Source of the DNA: Actinomycetota bacterium
GTDB taxonomy: Bacteria > Actinomycetota > Actinomycetes > S36-B12
Length of the DNA stretch: 43,557 nt
Direction of reading: 5' to 3'
NCBI GenBank assembly: GCA_046095085.1
Contig: JBJTIQ010000069.1
Location: 1-43,557 of the forward strand
The number at the start of each line of letters is the position of its first letter. Position 1 is the first letter of the stretch. A program made the position numbers and the translations under genes. Positions 36,450-43,557 of this stretch are shown here, piece after piece. The notes beneath the pieces were generated by a model. That model worked only from the letters and a program-made list of their open reading frames with translations. It was not told where the DNA came from and did no database searches.

Positions 36450-37730
36450 GTGGCTGCGCCCAGGCCCTACCGTCGCTACGGTCGTGGGGTGCGCACGAAC
36501 TGGTCCGGCACGGTCGCCTTCGAGCAGCCGCTGGTGCTGCCCACGAGCCTCGATGAGGTCCGGTCGCTAGTCCGCGAGAACGAACGCGTGCTTGCCGTGG
36601 GGTCGGCGCACTCATTCAGTCGCGCGGCGGTGTCGAGCGGCCTTCACCTCGGCACCGAAGATCTCCCCGCCGACATCGACGTGGCGCCTGATCGCTCGAC
36701 AGTCACCGTTTCGGCCGGCATGCGCTACGCCGAGCTCGGCCGTGCACTCCACGCGCAGGGCCTTGCCCTCGCCGCCATGGCATCGCTGCCCCACATCAGC
36801 GTGGGCGGCGCCGTGGCCACGGGCACGCACGGATCAGGCGACGCAATAGGCACGCTGTCGTCTGCGGTCACCGCACTCGAGGTCGTCACGCCCGACGGCG
36901 ACGTGCGCGAGGTACGGCGCTCCGATGCGGACTTTGCCGGGTGGATCGTGGCACTCGGCGCACTCGGCGTCGTCACGAGAGTCACGCTGGCCGTCGAGCC
37001 GACATACGAAGTCGCTCAGAGCGTGTTGCTCGGCCTCGATCTCGACGAGGTGGAGGCGAACTTCGACGCGGTATTCGGCGCGGCCACTTCGGTGAGTGTC
37101 TTCACCCGATGGCGCCCCGAGCCCGACGCGCAACTGTGGCTGAAGAGGCGCGTAGACCGGGAGGGCGCGTGGAAGGGCGCGCCAGACTTCAGGGCCCAGG
37201 TGAGTGAGCGCAAGATGCACCCGCTGGAAGACCTCGATCCGGTGCACTGCACGGAGCAGTTGGGACACGCAGGTCCGTGGCACGAGCGGCTCCCGCACTT
37301 CAAGGCGGAATTCACCCCGAGTTCGGGCGATGAGATCCAGGCCGAATACCTGCTGCCGCGTGTGCGTGCGGTGGAGGGCATCCGGGCGATGCGCGCCATG
37401 GCCGACCGCATCACGCCGCTCCTTCACGTCACCGAGATTCGCACGATGCGAGCAGACGATCTGTGGATGAGCCCGGCATACGGACATGGCACCGTCGGCA
37501 TCCACTTCACGTGGCACAAGGACGAGCGCATCTTCGACGTGCTTCCTGCCATCGAAGATGCGCTACTGCCGCTGGGTGCACGTCCCCACTGGGGCAAGGT
37601 GACATGCGCCACACCCGCTCAACTGGTGGCCGCGTATCCCCGCATTGACGACTTTCGCGGCCTCGTGAATGCCGTAGACCCCCTGGGCAAATGCCGAAGC
37701 ATCGTGGTTGACAGCCTGATGAACGCCTAG
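36450..37730 (+). CDS. FAD-dependent alditol oxidase / D-arabinono-1,4-lactone oxidase family flavoenzyme
   Basis: TNWSGTVAF, VGSAHSF, MASLPHISVGGAVATGTHGSG, WHERLPHFKAEFTPSSG and the C-terminal RPHWGK resemble Streptomyces alditol oxidase as I recall it. The start is GTG 36450 or GTG 36489. Confidence 0.8.
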   Translation: MAAPRPYRRYGRGVRTNWSGTVAFEQPLVLPTSLDEVRSLVRENERVLAVGSAHSFSRAAVSSGLHLGTEDLPADIDVAPDRSTVTVSAGMRYAELGRALHAQGLALAAMASLPHISVGGAVATGTHGSGDAIGTLSSAVTALEVVTPDGDVREVRRSDADFAGWIVALGALGVVTRVTLAVEPTYEVAQSVLLGLDLDEVEANFDAVFGAATSVSVFTRWRPEPDAQLWLKRRVDREGAWKGAPDFRAQVSERKMHPLEDLDPVHCTEQLGHAGPWHERLPHFKAEFTPSSGDEIQAEYLLPRVRAVEGIRAMRAMADRITPLLHVTEIRTMRADDLWMSPAYGHGTVGIHFTWHKDERIFDVLPAIEDALLPLGARPHWGKVTCATPAQLVAAYPRIDDFRGLVNAVDPLGKCRSIVVDSLMNA

Positions 37731-37781
37731 TGCCCGGTGCGCCTTCGGCGCCTCCGATCCTCGGCGGCCTAGCCTTGTGGC

Positions 37782-38186
37782 ATGACTACACGCACCGCGC
37801 GCTACGCGCTTCTCACCACTATCGCTGCCGGTGCCCTCGTGCTCTCGGCATGCGGCGGCTCCTCCTCATCTGATTCGAGTGCATCCGAGAGCCCCATCGG
37901 CGGCGGCTCGGCGTCCTGCGATCAAGCCACCCTCGAGGGACTCGCACAGCAGGCGACCACCGATTCGGGATCCACCTGGGTCTCGGGCAAGAGCGTCGAG
38001 TGTGTCGACGGCTGGGCACTCGTCTTCGGCATCACCAAGACGGGCGACATCGAGCAGACCACCGCGTTTGCCTTCGAGGCCGAGGGTCCCAACTGGGCAC
38101 TCAAGCAGCAGGACGCCATCTGCGGCGACGGCTCCGACGACGACATCCCCGCGCAACTGAAGGACCAGCTCTGCGCACTGCGCTAA
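37782..38186 (+). CDS. small secreted lipoprotein, unknown function
   Basis: Signal peptide with lipobox LVLSAC-GGSSS; four further Cys residues; followed by a strong hairpin. Confidence 0.55.
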   Translation: MTTRTARYALLTTIAAGALVLSACGGSSSSDSSASESPIGGGSASCDQATLEGLAQQATTDSGSTWVSGKSVECVDGWALVFGITKTGDIEQTTAFAFEAEGPNWALKQQDAICGDGSDDDIPAQLKDQLCALR

Positions 38187-38198
38187 TCCAAGGCTGAG

Positions 38199-38234
38199 AT
38201 GAGGGCGGGAGAGCGCACTCTCTCCCGCCCTCAT
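38199..38234 (+). terminator. intrinsic-terminator-like hairpin (15-bp perfect stem, 6-nt loop)
   Basis: ATGAGGGCGGGAGAG-CGCACT-CTCTCCCGCCCTCAT, 13 nt after the lipoprotein stop. There is no clear U-tract. Confidence 0.6.
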
Positions 38235-38257
38235 GCTGTCCGTGCGAAAGTAGCCGC

Positions 38258-38920
38258 GTGAGCAACCCGATCATCACGGTGCTCCCGTTCGCCGTCGGCG
38301 CGATGATCAGTCCCTTCGTGCTTACCGTGCAAGCGCTGATCCTCGCCAGCGGCATCCAGCCAAAGCTGCGCGGATGGCTCTACACCCTCGGGTGCACGGC
38401 ATTCACGATCGTGTTCATCGTCGCGGTCTACGCCGGCCTCAGCAGGGTCGCCACCGGCAACACCACGCCCAGTCCCGTGCTCAGGGCTATCGAGATCACC
38501 ATCGGGATCTTGCTTCTCGTCCTCACCGTGCGCGTGCTTATGCACAAGCATCGGCCGGGAAACGACCACGAGACCCGCGTGCAGCACATGGTGCAGACCG
38601 CCAAGCCCTGGTCGTTCTTCATCGTCGGCCTGGCCGTGATGGCCACCGACCTGTCATCGCTCATCATCCTCGTCCCCGGCGTACGAGCCGTGCAGGAGAC
38701 CCAGGCCGCCTTCTCACTGCAGGCGATCGCCCTCGTCATCGCCCTCGTCTTCACGCTGATGCCTGCGCTACTCCCGGTCGCACTGGCGACCACCTTCGGG
38801 CAGCGGGCCGACCACTTCCTGATCTCGCTGAATCGCTTCGTGACGAATAACAGCAGGTTCATCACGGCAGGGATCTGCGTGATCCTCGCGATATTCCTCT
38901 TCGTCGGCGCGCTGCGCTAG
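38258..38920 (+). CDS. GAP/Sap-like (DUF2910-type) integral membrane protein
   Basis: GTG start. Six hydrophobic segments. The N-terminus ITVLPFAVGAMISPFVLTVQALIL resembles the Sap/GAP family. Low-certainty family call. Confidence 0.45.
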   Translation: MSNPIITVLPFAVGAMISPFVLTVQALILASGIQPKLRGWLYTLGCTAFTIVFIVAVYAGLSRVATGNTTPSPVLRAIEITIGILLLVLTVRVLMHKHRPGNDHETRVQHMVQTAKPWSFFIVGLAVMATDLSSLIILVPGVRAVQETQAAFSLQAIALVIALVFTLMPALLPVALATTFGQRADHFLISLNRFVTNNSRFITAGICVILAIFLFVGALR

Positions 38921-40314
38921 GCGGTGGCCGTGCGCGGCCAGGGCATCGCCTCTTCGAGCTCGAGGGCGATCGACAGCAATCGGCGCTCCTCGCCAACGGG
39001 AGCGGCGACCTGCACACCTATGGGCAGCCCCTCCGGGTTGCGTGCAAGGGGCAATGAGATGGCCGGTGAGCCGCAAACGTTCTGCAGAGGGGTGAACGAC
39101 GTGAAGCGAAGCAGCCGCACGAGTTGCTCGCGCACGGGCACGTCGGGACCGAGATAGCCGATGGGTGGAGCCGGGTGGCTCACCACGGGGGAGACGACGA
39201 CGTCCACATCCTGGTAGACAGGCTCTGGCTCGCGAGATGCACGGACGAGGCGACGCATGCTCAGCGGAGTCTTGACGGCCTGCTGCACGAACATGGCGCT
39301 GAGGCCCTTCGTCAACGCCTCGGTCTTGGATCCGTCGAATCCTTCGCCGATAAAGCGACCGCCGGCCCTCTGCAGCATGAAGGACAGCAGGGCCCAGTAG
39401 CGAAGGAAGTCGCGGCCGAACTGCTCGCCGACGTCGAGGGTGACCTCGCGGACCTCGTGGCCGAGATCCGCCAGCGTGCGGCCAGCGTCGATCACGGCAT
39501 CGCGCGTGTGCGGATCGAGGGGCGAGCCCGCGAGGCTTTCGGTGAGGAGTCCAACGCGCAGGCGACGGCGCTCCGGTCGCACGACCATGCCGACGGGTGG
39601 CAGGTCGGGGTTGCGGTAGACGCGCTCAGCCTCCGCGAAGTAGTACGCCGTATCGCGCACGCTGCGCGTGAGCACACCCTGCGTGACCAGATTGACCGGG
39701 AGGCGATCCAACTCGGGCAGGTCGATGAGCCGGCCGCGAGAGGGCTTAAGGCCCACGAGCCCGTTGAGGGCTGCGGGGATGCGGATGGATCCGCCACCGT
39801 CGTTCGCGTGACCGATGGGCACCGCTCCCGACGCGACGAGCGCCGCCGACCCACCGCTCGATCCACCGGTGGAGTGGCCGGTGTTCCAGGGATTGCGGGT
39901 TGCCCCGTAGCGCGTGGACTCAGTCGTGGCCGTCAGGCCGAACTCGGGCAGGGTGGTCTTGGCCAAAGGAGTGAACCCGAGCCCCAGATACTGCGCCACC
40001 CACGGATTGGAGCCGGTGGCAGGGCGATCGGAGGGGGCCCACGACCCGTGGAGAGTTGGGTAGCCCTCGAGGTCCACGTTGTCCTTCAGCACCGTGGGGA
40101 TGCCCGCGAACGGACCCGATACGTCGCCTTCGGTCTCGAGGGTGCGCACGACCGCGTTGAGCGAGGCATTGGCTGCCTCGATGCGTGCCTGAGCTGCGGC
40201 ACGAAGCTCGGCCGGCGACACCTCGCGCTTGCGCAGCAGGTGCAGGAGATCCATCACGTCGTACGAGCCGAGCGCGTCGTCAGTGACGACACTCACCGTC
40301 ACGCTGTCAGGCAC
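38917..40314 (-). CDS. amidase (amidase-signature family)
   Basis: AS signature [46 protein letters not shown] with the Ser-cisSer-Lys context. Confidence 0.85.
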   Translation of the reverse strand: MPDSVTVSVVTDDALGSYDVMDLLHLLRKREVSPAELRAAAQARIEAANASLNAVVRTLETEGDVSGPFAGIPTVLKDNVDLEGYPTLHGSWAPSDRPATGSNPWVAQYLGLGFTPLAKTTLPEFGLTATTESTRYGATRNPWNTGHSTGGSSGGSAALVASGAVPIGHANDGGGSIRIPAALNGLVGLKPSRGRLIDLPELDRLPVNLVTQGVLTRSVRDTAYYFAEAERVYRNPDLPPVGMVVRPERRRLRVGLLTESLAGSPLDPHTRDAVIDAGRTLADLGHEVREVTLDVGEQFGRDFLRYWALLSFMLQRAGGRFIGEGFDGSKTEALTKGLSAMFVQQAVKTPLSMRRLVRASREPEPVYQDVDVVVSPVVSHPAPPIGYLGPDVPVREQLVRLLRFTSFTPLQNVCGSPAISLPLARNPEGLPIGVQVAAPVGEERRLLSIALELEEAMPWPRTATA

Positions 40315-41218
40315 CGTTGGCCTCCGTGAGATTGCCGTCGTAGCCGCGAGGCAACACGATCGCCGGGACCGTGCAGACGCGAAGCAGCTTGTGGGTCATG
40401 TCGCCGAGGAAGACACGGGCGATCGGCCCCAGGCTGCTCGAGGCGACGACGAAGAGATCGGAGTCCTGCCAGTCGAAGCGCGACATCGCGCGCTCCGGCG
40501 TGTCACCGGTCACGACCGAACCCGTGATCTGGTCCCCTCGAGCAGCCGTGAACCGGCCCTGCGCTTCCTGCTCGCGCTCAATGAGCGCCTGCATGACCTG
40601 TCGCTCAGCATCTCGGCCGACACGCGCACCCACGATACGCGTGGCGCGCAACACGACCGTGAGGAGATGCACGGGGATGCGATTCCGCGCCGCCACATCG
40701 ATGCACAGTTGCACTGCCTCGATCGACTCCTCGGTGTCTTGGAAGCCGGCGACCAGTCGCGCGATGTGATCGGGTGCCGTTTCGCGGTATCCCTCCGGCG
40801 CGGCCGCAACAGCGGCGGGCCCTCCGTGGAGAAGCGAGTGGGCGACGGAGCCCAAGCTCAGGCGCCCGTCGAGGCGGCTCGCTCCCGGCCCGATGGCGAT
40901 GAGCGAGGCACCGCGCTCCTCGGCCACGTTGCGCAGGGCGTGTCCCACCGATGCATGCGCGTAGACGACGCAGTCGACATCGGTAATCGACCACTCAGTC
41001 TCGAGGTCGTGGCGCGCCTCACTCAGGGTGGCATCCGCTCGCTCACGCAGGAACGCCTCCCACTCGGCATCGACATTGCCCAGGCTGGGGTAGTCGATCG
41101 TCGGCGGATGGACGTAGGTGAGCACGAGTCGGGCGCCAAGAAGACGGTGAAGGACCGCGCCCAGCGCTACGGCATCGTCACCCGACTCATCGGGGCTCAC
41201 GCCGACGACGATCTCCAT
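40307..41218 (-). CDS. tandem universal stress protein (two UspA domains)
   Basis: ATG at 41218 lies 8 nt after AAGGA; ATG 41227 is an alternative. Two Usp halves end in G..SRL.GRL.LGSVA and SSSLGPIARVFLGDMTHKLLRVCTVPAIVLP. The gene overlaps the amidase start by 8 nt. Confidence 0.75.
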   Translation of the reverse strand: MEIVVGVSPDESGDDAVALGAVLHRLLGARLVLTYVHPPTIDYPSLGNVDAEWEAFLRERADATLSEARHDLETEWSITDVDCVVYAHASVGHALRNVAEERGASLIAIGPGASRLDGRLSLGSVAHSLLHGGPAAVAAAPEGYRETAPDHIARLVAGFQDTEESIEAVQLCIDVAARNRIPVHLLTVVLRATRIVGARVGRDAERQVMQALIEREQEAQGRFTAARGDQITGSVVTGDTPERAMSRFDWQDSDLFVVASSSLGPIARVFLGDMTHKLLRVCTVPAIVLPRGYDGNLTEANGA

Positions 41219-41309
41219 CGCTGCCATCCTTCGGGAACTCCCGCGCGGCGGCGGGAACGGGACTACCGTAGCCGCGTGCCACCGGCGAGGTGGCGGGATG
41301 GGAGGGCAA

Positions 41310-42701
41310 ATGGCATCCACGCTCTTCCGACTCAAGCCGATCCAGGACGTCACCGGTCACGGCGAGCTCAAGCGGACGATGGGGCGCTCCGCACTCCTCT
41401 TCTTCAGCGTCGGATCCATCATCGGCAGCGGAATCTTCGTCATCCTCGGCGTTGCCATACCCAAGGCGGGCCCAGCGGTCCTTCTGTCATTCGTGCTCGC
41501 CGCCGTAGCCGCCCTCTTCTCAGCGCTCTCGTACGCCGAATTGGCCAGCGCCGTGCCCGCGTCGGGATCGTCGTACTCCTATGCCTACGTCACCCTTGGC
41601 GAGATCGTGGCTTGGGCGGTCGGCTGGATGCTGATGTTGGAGTACGGCGTCTCCGTGGCTGCGGTCGCCGTGGGCTGGGGTGAGTACCTCAATCAGTTCC
41701 TCGGCACGTTCGGCATCACCGTTCCGCCAGAGATCGCCAGCCCTCCTGGGCAGGGTGGCGTCTTCAACGTGCCGGCCCTCATCGTGGTTGCCGCATGCAC
41801 CTTCCTGCTCATCAGGGGCGCATCGGAGTCTGCTCGCTGGAACACGATCATGGTGCTCCTCAAGATCGCGATCCTGATCTTCTTCTGCGTGGTCGCGTTC
41901 ACCGCCTTTGATGGAAACAACCTCGAGCCCTTCCTGCCGCTGGGCTTGCTCGGCGTGACCGCAGCTGCGGGCCAGGTCTTCTTCTCCTACATCGGATTCG
42001 ACGCGGCTTCGACGGCCGGGGAGGAGGCAAAGAATCCCAAGAAGGACCTGCCCATCGCCATCATGGGCAGCCTTGCCGTGGTCACGGTCCTCTACCTCCT
42101 GGTCACCCTTGCGGCCCTCGGCGCGCAAGACTGGAAACTCGACACGACGAGCAGCTCCGAGGCCGTCCTCTCGACGATTGCCGACACGGCCCTCGGTGCC
42201 TCCTGGCCCGGCGCTCTCATCGCCCTCGGCGCCATCGTCTCGATCTTCAGCGTCGTACTTGTCACGCTCTACGGCCAGACGCGGATCCTCTTCGCTATGG
42301 GACGCGACGGACTGCTCCCCAAAGCTTTCACGCGGGTCAGTCCACGCACGCAAACCCCGGTCACCAACACCATCATCGTCGGCGCGCTGGTGGCGATTCC
42401 GGCATCCCTCGTCTCACTCGGCCAACTCGCTGAGGCGACGAGTATCGGCACTCTCGGCGCCTTTGCGGTGGTCAACATCGGCGTCATCATCCTGCGCAAG
42501 CGCGAGCCTAACCTGCCCCGCGGATTTACCACGCCGCTGTTCCCCCTGATGCCGATCCTCGGGCTGATTCTTATCGCCGTGATCGTGCTGAGCCTTCAGC
42601 CGGTGACGTGGCTGGTCTTCGCCATCTGGATGGCCGTGGGATTCATCATCTACTTCGCCTACTCACGGCGACACTCCGTGCTGGGACGTACGGGCACCTA
42701 G
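41310..42701 (+). CDS. APC-superfamily amino acid permease (cationic amino acid transporter-like)
   Basis: ATG at 41310 after GGGAGGG; 41298 is an alternative. GSIIGSGIFVILG and SYAELASAVPASGSSYSYAY; about 12 TM segments. Confidence 0.85.
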   Translation: MASTLFRLKPIQDVTGHGELKRTMGRSALLFFSVGSIIGSGIFVILGVAIPKAGPAVLLSFVLAAVAALFSALSYAELASAVPASGSSYSYAYVTLGEIVAWAVGWMLMLEYGVSVAAVAVGWGEYLNQFLGTFGITVPPEIASPPGQGGVFNVPALIVVAACTFLLIRGASESARWNTIMVLLKIAILIFFCVVAFTAFDGNNLEPFLPLGLLGVTAAAGQVFFSYIGFDAASTAGEEAKNPKKDLPIAIMGSLAVVTVLYLLVTLAALGAQDWKLDTTSSSEAVLSTIADTALGASWPGALIALGAIVSIFSVVLVTLYGQTRILFAMGRDGLLPKAFTRVSPRTQTPVTNTIIVGALVAIPASLVSLGQLAEATSIGTLGAFAVVNIGVIILRKREPNLPRGFTTPLFPLMPILGLILIAVIVLSLQPVTWLVFAIWMAVGFIIYFAYSRRHSVLGRTGT

Positions 42702-42759
42702 TTCGGTCGTTAGCGCAGGTTCGCTTGCTCGCACGGCAAGGCCCGGCCTACTGTGAGGC

Positions 42760-43557
42760 ATGCGTCGATGGCAGGCACTCACGGCGATCGCGGCCACCAC
42801 ACTCGTGCTCGCCGGATGCACCTCGTCCGGGAGTGCCAACCCCAACGCCAGCGTCGAGATGCCCACCGCGTCTTACAGCCCGCCCCCCGATGCTGCCGTC
42901 ACTCCTCCTGACCGCATCACGCTCGCCAACGTGCAGCCCAACGACGGCATCCAGCCCGTCGTCGACTTCATCCGGTCCGCTCAGTCGTCGATCGACATAT
43001 CGATCTACCGGATCGACTCGGACTTCGAGCCTCTCGTCGGGGCGCTGGCCGACGCGGCAGCGAGTGGGATCCACGTGCGCGTCTCCATCTCGCGCCAGCT
43101 GGTGGGCGAGCCCAATCCGCCGCAGGGCAACTCACAGCAGATTGTCGTGCAGCAGCAGTTGCAGGCAAAGGGAATCCAGGTCGAGCTCAGCCGCCCGGAG
43201 TTCCACTACGGCCACGAGAAGTGCATCATCATCGACGCCGGCACCCCCGAAGGCAAGGCGACGATCGCAGACTGGAACCTCCAGGCCTCCTACTTCGGTC
43301 CCAAACAATACGGCCCCGTCGGCGCGCGTGGCATGGCGGTGCTCAATACGGATCCCCAGGATGTCGCCACCATCGCCGCCTACTTCAACGCCAACTGGCC
43401 GCCGTATGCGCCCTACCCGGTCTCGACCCGAGCATCCCTGGTGTGGAGTCCCAGTGGCATCGAATACTCGCCCGTGGGCAACTCTGTCGCCGTGCTGACC
43501 CAATTCGTCCAGGTCGCCAAGACCAGCCTCGACATCTACGCCGAATACGTCCAGGAC
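42760..43557 (+). CDS. phospholipase-D-like (HKD motif) lipoprotein, 3' partial
   Basis: Not in the ORF track because no stop occurs before the window end. My translation from ATG 42760 gives MRRWQALTAIAATTLVLAGC (lipobox)...IDISIYRIDS...HYGHEKCIIID (HxKxxxxD) and is open through base 43557. The listed ORF 42608..43498 is an Arg/Ser/Pro-rich alternative frame. Confidence 0.7.
   Translation, partial: MRRWQALTAIAATTLVLAGCTSSGSANPNASVEMPTASYSPPPDAAVTPPDRITLANVQPNDGIQPVVDFIRSAQSSIDISIYRIDSDFEPLVGALADAAASGIHVRVSISRQLVGEPNPPQGNSQQIVVQQQLQAKGIQVELSRPEFHYGHEKCIIIDAGTPEGKATIADWNLQASYFGPKQYGPVGARGMAVLNTDPQDVATIAAYFNANWPPYAPYPVSTRASLVWSPSGIEYSPVGNSVAVLTQFVQVAKTSLDIYAEYVQD

Noticed and set aside
37737-37760. 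A short GC hairpin (GCGCC-TTC-GGCGC) after the alditol-oxidase-like gene as a terminator
   Set aside because: The stem is only 5 bp with a 3-nt loop and there is no U-tract. This is too weak to call, unlike the 15-bp stem at 38199..38234.
41310-42701. Assigning the APC amino acid permease to the RMM microcompartment pathway
   Set aside because: It lies about 35 kb from the BMC operon and is separated from it by many unrelated housekeeping genes. The pathway permease is more likely upstream of base 1.

Overview
This is a high-GC (roughly 70%), densely coding chromosomal segment that looks actinobacterial. I call about 45 protein genes. I found no rRNA, tRNA, CRISPR array, transposase or integrase. 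The long Arg/Pro/Gly-rich ORFs antisense to clear genes are treated as GC-driven shadow ORFs.

Main features, in order:
- 1..6193: a complete-looking bacterial microcompartment (BMC) operon of the RMM / aminoacetone-aminopropanol type. It encodes a CoA-acylating aldehyde dehydrogenase with a C-terminal encapsulation-peptide-like helix, two tandem-domain BMC-T proteins, a small protein with a tetrapeptide-repeat helix, BMC-P, BMC-H, an APH-fold kinase, an SDR and a GntR regulator. The operon is cut at the window start.
- 6190..10881: housekeeping genes (tadA and its associated protein, upp, pntAA-pntAB-pntB).
- 10922..14607: a tocopherol-cyclase-like and strictosidine-synthase-like pair, convergent with a TPP-dependent 2-keto-acid decarboxylase.
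- 14626..23310: YczE-like membrane protein, NDH-2, MFS exporter, peroxiredoxin, HelD-like helicase, L,D-transpeptidase and an Lrp regulator.
- 23317..32562: a TetR gene plus a PotD-type ABC importer, divergent from an uncharacterised operon (saccharopine-dehydrogenase-like, GT1 glycosyltransferase, SIS protein, maltokinase-like kinase). A perfect 14-bp palindrome lies in the shared intergenic region.
- 32564..37730: an operon of a 695-aa two-domain protein of unknown function, an SDR and a threonine aldolase, divergent from an alditol-oxidase-like flavoenzyme.
- 37782..43557: a lipoprotein, a GAP/Sap-like membrane protein, an amidase, a tandem USP, an APC permease, and a 3'-truncated PLD-like lipoprotein that the ORF track omits.

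A composite palindromic repeat of about 120 bp occurs twice, at 7931..8050 and 22731..22850.
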